DNA of 64,000 bases, taken from assembly GCA_030390025.1 (NCBI GenBank), contig CM059437.1:73160001-73224000 (forward strand). Reading direction: 5' to 3'. Positions 26,421 through 39,195 of the stretch are shown piece after piece. Position 1 is the first letter of the stretch. Each line of letters begins with the position of its first letter. Position numbers and translations under genes: made by a program. Under the pieces are notes generated by a model that saw nothing but the letters and a program-made list of their open reading frames with translations, had not been told where the DNA came from and searched no databases. The DNA comes from Squalus acanthias (Eukaryota).

Positions 26421-26718
26421 CACAGCTGCTGGAGGAACTACACAATTATTGACGTATATTCTACATCAAAACTGAAAGAGCTATACTGATTATAGCTAAT
26501 TAAATGTGCAGTTGGTCTATTTGAACCTTTAACTTGTTAGCAAGGCCATTGAACGATAGTATTGCAATAATTTGCTTAGTGATATTAGTTATGGGAATAA
26601 AATGGTCTCAACTATTATAAAATTAAATGTATTCATTGTAAAGAAATATGAAAATGTATGTCAGTATATTTCACTTAGTTATATTTGTGTTTCCTTGGGG
26701 GTGGGAAATGCACTATAG

Positions 26719-27663
26719 GTGGCCACAGTATCTGAGAAGTCTCGGATTATGGATCTAGAAAGGGATCTTGTGTCACGCACGAAGGAGGTCTCGGAGCTTC
26801 GACATAGACTCATGAGCACTGAAGGTTCAGGTGGTATGGACAGTGCCTCACCTCTATTGGAAGAAATCAACTGTATGCGAGATAAGCTTGCAGCAATGAG
26901 CAAAGAACATCAAAATGAACTTAATACATTGAAAGAAAAACTTGAAACCTCAGAAAAAGCCCACCAAAAGGTACTTCAACAACTGCAAGCTGCCAGTGAA
27001 AAAATATCCAAGGAGAATGAGACTCTTAAATCCAAATTGGATCAAGCCAATATTGAAAACTTGGAGGTTATTAGTCTATGGAAATGTAAGCTGGAGTCTG
27101 CAATTGAATCTCATCAGCAAGCCATGGAAGAACTCAAGTTATCTTTCAGTAAAGGAGCAGGTCCCCAAACTACAGAGCTTCTTGAGCTGAAGAGTACCTT
27201 TGAAAAACTTAAAGCTGAGCATCAAATGGAACTTGAGAATATCAAAATTAAGCAAGATTTCGAAAAGTCAGCCTACGTAAAAGAGACTGAAGATCTAAAA
27301 TCTCGGCTATTAGCAGTCACTGCGGAGAAGGAGAAAGATATAGAAATTCTGAAGTCTCAACTGGAATCTGCTACAAATCAACACCTGGTAGAGATGGAAG
27401 AGACCTTGACAAAGCTACAGGACACTAAACTGAAGGTAAAGGAACTGCAAGTGTTGCAGGCTAAGAGCAATGAACAGGCACAAATTGTAGAGGCCCTAAC
27501 AGCTAAAGTGACAGCAGCTGAACAGAAGGTGATGGGATATGAATTGCTGCAAGAAGTTGAGGCACAAGGTAAAGAGGAAATCAAAAGACTTGAAGAGAAG
27601 CTTGTGGCCATTGAGTCACAAATGAAAATCAGTGAAACTTTAAAACTTTCTGAAGGTAGCAAG
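26719..27663 (+). CDS. CLIP1: CLIP1 large coiled-coil exon (945 nt, phase 0-0)
   Basis: ctatag|GTGGCC...AGCAAG|gtttgt; VATVSEKSRIMDLERDL...HQQAMEELKLSFSKG...QHLVEMEETLTKLQ...SEGSK; matches ORF 26719..27738 minus the intronic run-on. Confidence 0.97.
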
Positions 27664-29967
27664 GTTTGTATCTATTTTCCATCATTTTATTTTACTACCA
27701 TTTTTATCCCCTTTTCAAGTTTTGATTTAGTTTATTAAATGATTTTTTTAAATTGAAAAGCATCCATAAAAAGAACTATCAGGGTAATAGAAATCTGTAG
27801 TAAGTTTTTTTGGTTAAATTTTTAGAATTAATTTTGTGAAATTTGAAAGACGTTTCCTTACAAATAAAAACTATAAATGTACATTACCTTTAAAAGTAAA
27901 GGCATAATACAAATGCTGACCTTTTGTTTAGTTTGATTCATGAGCTTTTAATTCAAAATCACGTTAAAAAGCCTTGCAGATTTTGCAACACAAATCTATG
28001 ATTTTAAGAGTCCAGATATTTTTTCTTTTCTGTGAGTGAATATGATGCTCATTTAGTCTGTGGGAACAGACGTTTTTGACAATTTAGTCTCTGACTTCAG
28101 TTGGGCATAAAATTGCAAGAGGTCATATTTGTCCCATTTTTATTATAAGGCTGTTAAATTGAGGAATTTCTGTGGGGGGGGGGGAGAGAAATAAAAGTGA
28201 ATTCTCAAATCTTTTCAAGAACAAAATAATATCCACATGTTTCTACAGTCCCTGGTTATCATGTGTAACATGTAGAGTTGGCATTGAAATTGGGAGTCAG
28301 AATCATTTCTCGTGCATTATTGTATGTGGTGTGCATAGCAGAGGCGTATTTGTCCAGAATAAGGATAGTGTAGGAATAGTATGGCACAGTTGTTATTCAC
28401 AAAAAATACTCTTATGTAGGCTGTGCCCTCTACCTTTTTTTAATTAAGGAATATTATGTTAAACATTGAAATTGTCATGCAATATTCCAATATGGGGAAT
28501 ATGTGTCTCTGCTAAGCAAGTGTCTGTGTACTTGCAGACAGTTCTAGGTGTGTTACCAGTGTTAAAATTTAAACAAAACATTGAAACCCGCCTATGTTCA
28601 TGTGCCTGTAACAACTTGCCATCTCAATAAGTTTAGAAACTGCATTACCTCTTTCCTACATAAGTGACTGCTTATTTAGATAGCTGAGAGTTTTGCATGT
28701 ATCGATATGGTAAATGTAAACAATTCCAAAATTCTCTACAATTACATTACTGCAATATGGACACTTACAAATGCATAGCCACTATTACACATTTTTGAAG
28801 ATTTACTTCCTTTAGTTAGAGCAATTTTTGAATATCTGTAAGATTGAATTTGAACTGTGATTCAAAAACATAATCTAAATGAGATAGAGTTCCCATAAAC
28901 TACTTCCCTGTTAAATATGCATCCAGTTACATATCGACACATCATTGTGAAAGATACTAAATGAATATTGAATCCATAGTTTTATACAAACTATGCTAAA
29001 AATATTGTACATTTCAGTGTCTATTTTGTAATTCTTATTGGGGGAAAAAAAACGAAACTACTGCATCATGTCCATATTGGTTCAATAGCAGAACTGCTAG
29101 TTACTTGTCTAACTTATTTTCCATGGAGTAACACCATCCAATTCTTCATTCAGTAGAATATAGATATAGAAATATTTCAGTTTGTCTTAATTTTGCTAAG
29201 AGGAGCTCTAAATTGGGAGGAGTAAGCTGCTGATTTTGGTTGTATTCAATAATGGGGTAAAATATAATGGATCCACTTGTGCTATGTGTTAGACTCTGAC
29301 TCTCTCTTCATTGCCAAATTGTTGCATGGCATGTGTTTGCCTGTAATGTATTGATTTATCCACATTTCCATTTTGTTGATTTTGATTAAAATTAAAATAC
29401 AAATTTCTGCTTGTTACATCTATATTAGTTTTTGCTGCTAAATCAAAGCTGCATTATTCAAGATGAACGTTGTGTTTGACCTTTAGTAAGAAACCAGTTA
29501 TTTTATGGGAAGAGTATTTAAATACAGCAAGCTTCAGAGAAAACGGTCTTGAACATTTATTTAGCATTTCTTACTTTCTTTATGTTGACCAGCTTACATC
29601 ATTCATGAATTGTGTAGAATCTAACCAACCTACCTGAGTTGTTACTGATGTTGCAGAGCCTGAGAAACTGAAATTTACAATAAATGATAAATCATTTGGA
29701 ACAGTTTAGTATATTCATAGGTAAACCATATATAAACGTGTGTATGTTTTTATTCTGGTCTTATACATTTGGTCTGTCTTTCTGTCTTGTTCGAACAACT
29801 CAAATTGGACTTAGTACTAAAACTTCAGTGAATTATTTTGGATATTGCAGCTTTAAATTTGTATTTTATCACTTTTCAGTTTATTCCTGATTTTCTGTTG
29901 TTTCAGCACATTCATCCCTTTTACTTCTATTTTTATTTTTGCAATGAATTTGCATGCTTGTTATTAG

Positions 29968-30084
29968 GTTACTGATTTGGCCAAACAGCTTGAGGAACGA
30001 GATCAGTCAGTTGCTAATCTGGAGCAAAGCTTGGCTGTAGTGAGCCAGGATAAGCAAACTTTGGAGCAGCAACTGCATTCCATG
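29968..30084 (+). CDS. CLIP1: CLIP1 exon (117 nt, phase 0-0, candidate cassette)
   Basis: tattag|GTTACT...TCCATG|gtaagt; VTDLAKQLEERDQSVANLEQSLAVVSQDKQTLEQQLHSM. Confidence 0.92.
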
Positions 30085-30816
30085 GTAAGTGGCTCATTGC
30101 ACTTCATCTTCTGTATCAAAAAATCAGTTTGAAGCAAGAATGAGACACTACATAAGGTAGGTGTCAGTTTTTCTGTCAACCTTCTCAAATGTGGATATTT
30201 GTCAGCGGAGCAATTACAACTGTTAGTTTCTTGTCAAATAATTGAGAACAATCAATCCTTGTTAGTTGCTAGTTATGGTCATGCTTATTGAGGACGCACA
30301 GAGAATCGCCATCATCTACAAGATAATGCCTGTAGTTTAATAATTATTGTTTTGCATCCTTGTTTACCAGTATTTGAGAATACGGTAAATTTCTTGAGAG
30401 TAAAATTTGACCCTGATTTTTTAAAATCCTACGTCTGCTTCAAGAATTTGGTCTGTTTCTGTCCCATGTTGTAAATGAAAAGTAGTAACAATATTTCAGT
30501 TTGAGCAGTAACTTATTAGCGAAAGTATGTTGTCAAGATGGATGAAAATAAGACTTCCTGGATCTGTAACTTAAGGTATTTTGTGTTGCCTAGAAAGGAA
30601 TAAATAGAAATAAAGGTTATCAAAACTTATTTTGTGATTATAACAACATGCTTATTTTAAGTATTACTGTATGAAATAACTTTTACACCGCAGTAATTTC
30701 TGTTTTTTAAAATCCATCTTATAATCTTGAGCAATGATGAAGTACCATTAATTTATTGGCCTGGGATAAAATGACTTTTGAAACTTTTTTTTAATATGTG
30801 GTTTGCTCACTTTCAG

Positions 30817-30874
30817 AAAGAAAAGCTTGACAACACATCAGAGACACAGCAGAAACTGCAGCAGACTATACTAG
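30817..30874 (+). CDS. CLIP1: CLIP1 exon (58 nt, phase 0-1)
   Basis: tttcag|AAAGAA...CTAG|gtaaat; KEKLDNTSETQQKLQQTIL; phases fit both neighbours. Confidence 0.9.
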
Positions 30875-30914
30875 GTAAATTAAACTTGTTTAAAGGAGAA
30901 AATTGTGAAGGGCT

Positions 30915-32020
30915 TCCTTGATTGAATTTGTTAAGGTACTGCATAAGAGATTTATGGCAAAGATAATGGTGCGTGGAATTAAAGGGAATGTGGCCACGTG
31001 GATAAAGAGATGGTTGGAGGGCAGAAAGCGAACAGTCGGGTTAAATGGAAGTTTCTCAGACTGGAAAGATGCAGTGAGTGGTATTCCACTGGGGTCTGTG
31101 TTGAGGCTGCTCTACTATATACATAATATTTGGACTTGGGAGTTAAGGGAACACTGTCAAAATTTGCTGATGACACCAGATTGGGAGGTATGGCATATTG
31201 AGATGAAGATCGTGAAAGACTGCAGGTCGACGTATGGTAGCAGGATGGGCAGGTAGGTGATAAATGCAGTTCAAGGTAGAAAATGTGAAATTCATTTTGG
31301 AAGAAAGAATGGGGTATGGAAATGTACCAAAAATTGTAAGATTTTAATGGGTGAGTAGAGGGACCTTGGTATGCAGTTATGTAGGCAAATAAGGGATGGC
31401 AACATGAGAAGATAAGGCCACTAAAGTGAAAATGGAATCATTGAGTTGTATGTAGAGCTATAGAATACAAAAACGAGGAGGTAATGTTGAACTTTCCAAG
31501 ATCTTAGTTCGGCTGGTGTTGGAATATTGTTTGCAGTTTTGGACACCCTGTTATAGGAAAGCTATAAAAGCAATAGAAAAGGCGCAGCGTAGATTCACTA
31601 GGATGTTACCAGGGACGAGCAGTTACAGATATTAAGAGAGACTTAAGAAATTAGGGCTTTTTCACAGAGCTGAGAAGGTTACTTAATAAAGGTTTTCACA
31701 ATTATGAAGGGCTGTGATGTTGTTTCTATGGTCAGAGAGAGAGTAACAGGAGGGCACACACAAAGAATTAAAGGGGCTATTAGAAAAAAGTTATTTACAC
31801 AAGAGGGCGGTGAGAATGTGGAATTCTGTGCCACAAATCATTGTTGAAGTAGAGTCTATAAATTCTTTTTAAAAGGAAATTAGCTAGTGGCTTGAAAAGG
31901 AGGAATATTTAAAAGGTATGGCGAGCGAGCAGGAAAATGGGATTCGACTGCGTAGCTTTTGTGGAGAAAAACAATGAGACAAACTTGATGGGTCATATTG
32001 CCTGTTTCTGTGATGCTTTG
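30915..32020 (+). mobile_element. Decayed CR1 LINE (RT and C-terminus)
   Basis: GIKGNVATWIKRWLEGRKRTV...SGIPLGSVL; aaatttgctgatgacacc (KFADDT); multiple frameshifts. Confidence 0.85.
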
Positions 32021-32420
32021 CTATGGAGCAGAAAATAGACAGGATACCAGTTGCTGATCACTATCCAGTGACTGCATGCTGGAATGTGTGGGCATTTGGA
32101 TCAGGTTTGCCTGAGAGTCTGGGATGTGACCCTTCTAATTGGCTAGCCTGCTGACCCTCGTTGTGGAGGCTCACACCTGAAGGTGGTCAGTTGAGTGAGT
32201 TCCCAGGGCCCAAGGAACCGTCCTCCAGCGTGAGTAACGATCATGGCAGGTGGAAATCTGGTGTAGTTAATTTGTACAGATATCGTTGGATGCTTTTGAA
32301 AGGGTAATAGTTATTCCTCAACCTTTTGGGCAAAACTAATATTGAAAAATGTTTGAAAATGTTATCCCATGTTCTTATGCATATTAAAATATTTTAATAA
32401 TGTTCCATTTTCATACTTAG

Positions 32421-32504
32421 AAACACTTTCAGAACTCAATGTGAAAGAGGAGGGAAACATTTCACTTTCGTCTGAGTTAGAGGAGCTAAAATCTCAGCTT
32501 TCTG
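32421..32504 (+). CDS. CLIP1: CLIP1 exon (84 nt, phase 1-1)
   Basis: acttag|AAACAC...TTCTG|gtgagt; ETLSELNVKEEGNISLSSELEELKSQLS. Confidence 0.92.
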
Positions 32505-32744
32505 GTGAGTAATTTGTGAAGTACTTACCTAATGTGTCTAAATGATTGAACAGCCTAATTTAGTGTAGGATTAATCACTCAATCTGACTTGTCAGTTGAA
32601 GCTGAGATTTCAAAGTGAAGCCTCTGAACAGTCCACCGTGCTATGGGTGGTACTGTTGGGTGACCTGACATTGGTCCCATCTTAATGTTATTTGTCTCCC
32701 TTCATCTTTGTTTTCTTTGACAAATAGGACTGGCAAGTCTCTGA

Positions 32745-33160
32745 GCGCTTTACAGGGCAGAAGGCAAAAATAAATTCTGAGGAGGAGCGAGAGGGGAAAT
32801 GGAAAGATTCAGAGAGGAGGCATGTTTAGGATGTTTTTGAAAACCGAGTAGGAGACGGTAAGGTGGAGGGAGGTCCAGAGGGTAGGAGCATAGTGACTTA
32901 CAGTGGCCACCAGGGATTAAGACCGTGTCAGAAGAGCCAGACGGTGTATGTGGGTTGTATAGCTGGAAGAGGTCACTGAGATAGGGCGGGATAAAGCATT
33001 GAAGGATTTTAAAGCAAGCAGGAGAATTTATCAATCCACAAGGGCATAGGGAGCCAGAGGAGCTTAGCAAGGACTAGTGTGATAGTAATATGGAACTTAG
33101 TGTGGGTTGTGGCATTCTGAGTGAGCTGTTGCTTGTGGAGGCAGTGAGGCTGCCAAGGAG
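32745..33160 (-). mobile_element. Decayed L2 fragment
   Basis: FKILQCFIPPYLSDLFQLYNP remnant, similar to the other L2 copies. Confidence 0.55.
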
Positions 33161-33711
33161 AAGCAGAAGTTGAGCCTTTCCTGTGAGACTTTGTCAAAAG
33201 CTTTCTAAAAGTCAAAATAAACGGTACTGTATAGAGTTCTATTATCTATTTGATCTGTAACGTCCTCAAAGAAGTACAGGAGTTTTTTAGGCAGGATCTC
33301 CTTCTAAGTCATGATTGCTGTTACAAAATCCTCAGTTGAGTTGAATTAAATTAAAGGGACAGACTTTCAAATTGAATAAATTAATAAAATTAAATCACTG
33401 CATAAATATTCATTCAACCTCCTACACAAAGAATTTGCACTATACCAAAACTGCTCAAATGTTTAATCATGGTGTAAAATAGGCATTTACACATGGCTAG
33501 TAAGTGCTAACCTGTGTGTTTGGTCCCAGTATGAATAAGTGTAACATTTGTGAAAATCTGCCCTTTTAATTTCCAGAAATATTTGTACGCTTGTGATCCT
33601 TTCTTCTCGAGATATTTTGATTCTTGAAAGATTTTTATCGCTTTTTGTACGACATATTTTACACATGTTGCTGTTGACATTTTTCTGTGTGTTGGATTCT
33701 GCTTTCATCAG

Positions 33712-33868
33712 CTGTAGAGAGAAAAATGAAAGTTGAAGAGGAAAAGGCTGAACAACTAGCTGAGGATAAATCCAAACTTGAGAATACCATCTCCGAGATG
33801 ATGAAGTCTTCGGGGGACAACTCTGCTCAGCTCACAAAAATGAATGAAGAGCTGAAAGACAAAGAAAG
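33712..33868 (+). CDS. CLIP1: CLIP1 exon (157 nt, phase 1-2)
   Basis: catcag|CTGTAG...GAAAG|gtacct; ...KSKLENTISEMMKSSGDNSAQLTKMNEELKDKER. An in-frame alternative AG lies 6 nt downstream. Confidence 0.94.
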
Positions 33869-34310
33869 GTACCTTGCTGAAATTTGATTGTGATTACTAT
33901 GAATGTGTATTGATGTTGAGCAAATGATTTATTCTTGACTTGCCAAGTCTGTAAAACTGATTTCTAATGTCCCTTAAGAGTTGTTTGTAAAAATGTTTAG
34001 AAGCTAGTTCATATCAGTAAAACTTTATTAATTTATATTTTAGTGTCTAGAAGAGAAAACAGTACAATGGAATCACGTTGCATGTAGGTTGCAATGGACA
34101 AAAATTTCATAACCAGACTTGTACATAACAAGACTGACAATGTGAGGGACAAAATTGGGACTTGAGAACAATTTTGCTGATGTTAGGGTTGCATTTTTTG
34201 TATTGTTTCATTATTTTTATGTTTTTTGTCTTTTGTTAGACATTTCTTTTGCTACTCTATATAGCTGTTTGGCGATTAATCAAATAAAAGCGTTGCTTTT
34301 TTGTCTTTAG

Positions 34311-34476
34311 GAAGCAGGATGAACTACAAGCTCTGTATCGTCAATCCAATGAAAAGATTGCCTGTTTGCAGGAAAATTTGGAGCAAGTCGCACGTAAAAC
34401 AGAACAGACCCAGCAGGAGGAGCTACAGAAACACCAGAATGAGCTTAAAGCAATACTGAAGAAAATGACAGACCTG
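34311..34476 (+). CDS. CLIP1: CLIP1 exon (166 nt, phase 2-0)
   Basis: ctttag|GAAGCAG...GACCTG|gtacga; KQDELQALYRQSNEKIACLQENLEQVARKTEQTQQEELQKHQNELKAILKKMTDL. Confidence 0.93.
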
Positions 34477-35127
34477 GTACGAACAACTATTCAGATGTTC
34501 TTTTTAGTACCGGCTTTGAATAAACTTGAATGTTTCCCAAAAAATTATAACCTTCTGAACAGGAAAGTACTGTCTGTGCAGCATTTTAAATGTCTACTCT
34601 TAAAAATACAATTTAACTAACTTTATTACATTAAAAATTTTGTTCACAGAACCTTATCAACTACTATTTCATGCAGTTATTGTATAATTATGTTTAAAAT
34701 TTATACAGTTCAGATTTATCAAGTGTAAATACTTTATGAATTAGTGATTAATTTGAATGTGGGATCTTTTGTGCTGGTTAATATTCCACCTCAAATATAC
34801 AGTATTATCAATATCAGAAATTATTTCAGATGTAAATAATCAGACAAATGTATGAAAGAAACAACATACTGGCAAACGGCTACCTGATTTTAAAGTCTTA
34901 CACTTTCTTAACATTATCAGAAATGGCATCTTCATTTCCTTTTGTACTGCACTTACTTGCTCTGCAAGTTCACTTTTTTTTAAGATCCATTCTCTTACAT
35001 ATATATTTAGAAAAGTTATATACACAGTTTTAGGTGTCTCAGAGAAGCTTATGCTGCGGTGTTTTGCTACATTTTTGTGAGGATGGAAGTTGCAAGGGCT
35101 GTTCTAATTGTTTGTTGATTCCCACAG

Positions 35128-35343
35128 CAAAGGCAGGTGGAGATGCACGGCGCACACAATAAGGAGCTGCAAAGCAGTCATGAGAAAGTCCTTTCCGAAA
35201 TAAATGCTAACAATGGTACTCTAGTGAAAGAGCTCAAGCAGGACCTACAGGAAACCAAGCAAACACTAAAGAGCTCTCAGGAGAAGAATAAAGAAAGGGA
35301 AAAACTGGTGGAAGAACTGAAGAAGCAAGTGGAACAGGTCCAG
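35128..35343 (+). CDS. CLIP1: CLIP1 exon (216 nt, phase 0-0)
   Basis: ccacag|CAAAGG...GTCCAG|gtattc; QRQVEMHGAHNKELQSSHEK...LVEELKKQVEQVQ. Confidence 0.92.
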
Positions 35344-35610
35344 GTATTCTTGCAACTATTAAATTTGGGTGGTTTGTACACAATATTGCATTTTTGAAGT
35401 CTGTATGTTTTGCAATGAAATGGCGTCTAACCATTTACTTTGCAATGCGGAGAGCCCAGAGGTTGTTGGAGAACTCCTATATGATGTAATTTATTGTCTA
35501 CTTGTCTGCATCCAAGATGTTCCTGGGCTCTTTATTTTAAAAAGAAAATCAGTTTTAGTTTAAATTTTGTGGTTTATTTTCTGATTTGAGACCATGCCTA
35601 TAGAATGATC

Positions 35611-36437
35611 CATAAGAACATAAGAAATAGGAGCAGGAGTAGGCCGTTTGGCCCCTCGAGTCTGCTCCGCCATTTAATGAGATCATGGCTGATCTGATTT
35701 TGGGCTCAGCTCCACTTCCTTGCCCGCTCCCCATAACCCTTCACTTCCTTATTGTTCAAAAATCTGTCTATCTCCACCTTAAATGTATTTAATGACCCAG
35801 CCTCCACAGCTCTCTCGGGCAGAGAATTCCACAGATTTACAACCCTCAGAAGAAATTCCTTCTCATCTTTGTTTTAAATGGGAGACCCCTTATTCTGAAA
35901 CTATGCCCCCTGGTTCTAGATTCCCCCATGAGGGGAAACATCTTCTCTGCATCTACCTTGCCGATCCCCCTCAGATCATCTCATTCTTCTAAACTCCAAT
36001 GAGTATAGGCGCAACCTTTCTTCATAAGTCAACCCCTTCATCTCAGGAATCAACCTCGTGAACCTTCTCTGAACTGCCTCCAATGCAAGTATATCCCTCC
36101 TTAAATAAGGAAACCAAAACTGTACGCAGTACTCCCGGTGTGGTCTCACCAATACCCTGTACAGTTGTAGCAAGACTTCCCTGCTTTTATATTCCAACCC
36201 CCTTGCAATAAAGGCCAACATTCCATTTGCCTTCCTGATTACTTGCTGTACCTGCATGCTAACTTTTTGTGTTTCATGCACAAGGACCCCCAGGCCCCTC
36301 TGTACTGCAGCATTTTGTAATCTCTCTCTCTCTTTAAAAAATAATTTGCTTTTTTATTTTTCTTACCAAAGTGGATAACCTCACACTTTCCCACATTATA
36401 CTCCATCTGCTAAATGTTTGCCCACTCACTTAGCCTG
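35611..36437 (-). mobile_element. CR1-type LINE, 5'-truncated
   Basis: ORF 35976..36281 QVQQVIRKANGMLAFIARGLEYKSREVLLQLYRVLVRPH...; (TTCTTATG)n tail. Confidence 0.92.
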
Positions 36438-37455
36438 TGCTTTCATGATATATATTTACTTGCTGTATCTTAGACAAAAATGGTTCTGTTTGGGTAGTAA
36501 ATGGTAAATATACACGGAATTAATCCTGTATTGCACATTTGGCTTTTTGAGGCAACTTCTATTGCACATTCTACACTTATGATTAAATGGCTTGTGAATC
36601 AGCAGCAAATTACTAATATGCAGTAGGCAACCTTGTATCCTACACGAGTTAATAGTTGATAATAGAACTACTTGCTCATGCACTACTATAGCAGTGTCTG
36701 GAGTTCAATAATTCTCTTAAAAGAACTGATTTTTAACTACATTCTCAGTACTTAAATGCTATATTCAGTGAATAAATGCTCACACCATTTGAGACTCGTG
36801 GACAAGATGAATTCTTAGGGTTAGAATAAATGTAGCAAAGCACAGCTAATAAAGGCTGGTGGCAAATATCTGTGATCTGCTCAGTCTTGCCTCTCCCAAA
36901 TATGCATATTATCTAACATGAATTTGATTTGTTAGGAAATATAGTACATGTTTTATTTATCTTTCATGACAGGAATAGTAGATGCTACATAAGAATAGCT
37001 TTTTTTGCTGTTACTTTGTTTAATATGCTAATTTATGCAAATTTTTATTTTAGAGAAACTTGCATTTGTAGCAGCAATAGTAAGACAATTCTTATTAGTT
37101 GGCTGTTCATCTGCACCCTGTAGATTTATTTCTTGCTCTCGTTTTCCATTCATCATGTTTTATAATAATCCTTTGTTTGCTGTGCTCTTGCAGAATATTA
37201 GAAACACTTGTCATTTGGTACAAGAAAATCTTCGGGTTCCTCAGCTGATTTATCAGGAACAAATTCACGTTCCTTTTTTTGCAGAGCTGCCACTCTCCAT
37301 CATGGCTTTTGACATTATAACAATTTGAAGAGGCACAAATTTAGATAGGCCTGTAACGTTATAAATGCTTGCTTTGGAACACCTGTGTTCAAGAAGTAAA
37401 TTCAAATTATAGACTGATGCACTAGGTCATCATACCATATAGACTCATAGTCATT

Positions 37456-38804
37456 TGGTCATATTTTGCTGTGAGCGTCGAACGAATGACGACTTACACT
37501 TGCCCATAGATTTTTTTTTATGGGGTTTTGCACAGCAAGTTACTGTCAGCTAATCATCCAAACGGCACGGTGCCCTCTACAGAGCATCTGAGACCTGTGT
37601 GAACAGGGCAAGCAACAATGGGGGAGAAATTGGGTACCTTTGCGCCTCCCGTTATCGCCTCCGAAGGGTGATAACAGGGCACTTGCCACCCGGGCCCAGC
37701 AACAATATCGGCTCCCGCGAAATTGGGCGGGAGATTTGCGGCGGCGGTATGGCGTTGCGCCCCGATCTCCTTTGCCCGGAGACCATGACGTCATCGCCCC
37801 GGACACGAACTTCGGTTTCGCCCCCTGCAGCATCGCCGGGCGACAAGACCGGCAGCTGCAGGAGGCGTTCATCGGGAGGCTGGGCACTTCGGGGGTGATA
37901 AAGGCGAGGTGGCTGAGGTAGGGAAAAAAATAATCAAATGCTCGTTTTCTCTTTTTTTTTCCTTTTTTTCCCCCCCAGCGCTCGATCGGCCTGGCACTCT
38001 GCTGCAGTGCATCGGGCTGATCGGGCCGGATTGCGGCTGCCGTTGGGGACCAGGTAAGTCGCTTTCCCTTGCAGAGCCTGCAGCGATGGTCCTTCCCTTT
38101 AAGGGAGGGAAGGAGCCTTCCAACGTGGCAGCGCTGCACGGCCCATTGTGCAGCGCTGCACACCTACCGCCTGTTGCGCTCCAGGAAGTTTTTCAACTTT
38201 TAAAAGTTAGCGCCCAAACAGTGCTAAAATAAGTTTCTCCCCCTATGTATCTGCTTAACCAATCAGATTGAAGAATTGTTAATGAGTAGTGTCTGAACCA
38301 GGAAGTGTCAATTAGAATAGTGAATTTATTGTCAAATCAGATACAGAAAGCGAAATAAAGAGAGGGAAAGAAAGATTGGATTAAAAGGGAGAGATAAAAG
38401 ACAAACATTTAAAAAAAATAATTATTATTTCAATTTAAAAAAAAACTCCAACAATAATTAAAATCTGAAGGAATGAGACCCCACACTTGTTAAATTTCAT
38501 TTTTAGTACCAGAGAAGTTATTTGGCAGCAATTAAACTTATCACGCTGTTAAAAAGGCTACTTAGACTGGAATGAGTTGACTTAACTTTTTGTGGCGAGT
38601 TTAGTCTGTATCTATAATGTGTACAGGAACTTCACGCTGTTCAATACATTTGAATGGGGAGCCGGATGGCGAGATGCCGTTTTCGCGCAGCTTACGCGGA
38701 TTAACTGAGCATGTGCGCTCGCTGGAAGTTGCTGTCCAATCTGCATGTAAATGCCGGTGAACGCTGTTAGTCTCACCGTTATTTTCACAGCAAAATCCGG
38801 TCCA
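37456..38804. mobile_element. Outer non-autonomous DNA transposon (MITE-like)
   Basis: Imperfect TIRs: tggtcatattttgctgtga vs the reverse complement of tcacagcaaaatccggtcca. Confidence 0.6.
37620..38243. mobile_element. Inner CpG-rich MITE nested in the outer element
   Basis: TIRs gggggagaaa ... tttctccccc; abrupt GC/CpG-rich block in AT-rich intron; no credible ORF. Confidence 0.75.
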
Positions 38805-38832
38805 TTGGGCTTTATTTTCCTTTTCTGTATCA

Positions 38833-39195
38833 CCAACAACTTGCATTTATATAACATCTTTAAGCTGGAAAAACTTCACAAGGTGCTTCACAGAAGCATA
38901 ATCAGATAAAAATTGACATTGAGCCAATGAAGGAGATATTAGTCGAGATGACAAAAAGCTTGGTCAAAGAGTTGGGCTTCAAGAGGGTCTTAAAGGAGGA
39001 GAGGGAAGGTGGTGAAGCGGAGAGGTTTAGGAGGGAATTCCAGAGCTTGGGATCTAGACAGCTGAAGACATGGCTGCCAACAGTGGGTTGGAGGGAGTAC
39101 GGGAAGCACTAGAGGCCAGAGTTGGAGGAACACAGAGTTCTTAAGGTGTTGTTGGGCTGGAGGGGCGAGGCCATGAGGGATTTGAATATAAAGAT
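38833..39195 (-). mobile_element. L2 3' end
   Basis: caacaacttgcatttatata tail; aaaagcttggtcaaagag...gaggtttaggagggaattccagagct. Confidence 0.85.

Noticed and set aside
26719-27738. 339-aa ORF as a complete protein
   Set aside because: It begins at a splice acceptor (GTG is Val), and the hydrophobic tail after 27663 is intron run-on
37546-38232. 205-aa and other ORFs in the GC-rich block; possible promoter CpG island or contaminant
   Set aside because: The block is bounded by TIRs and has no recognisable domain, so it is a MITE
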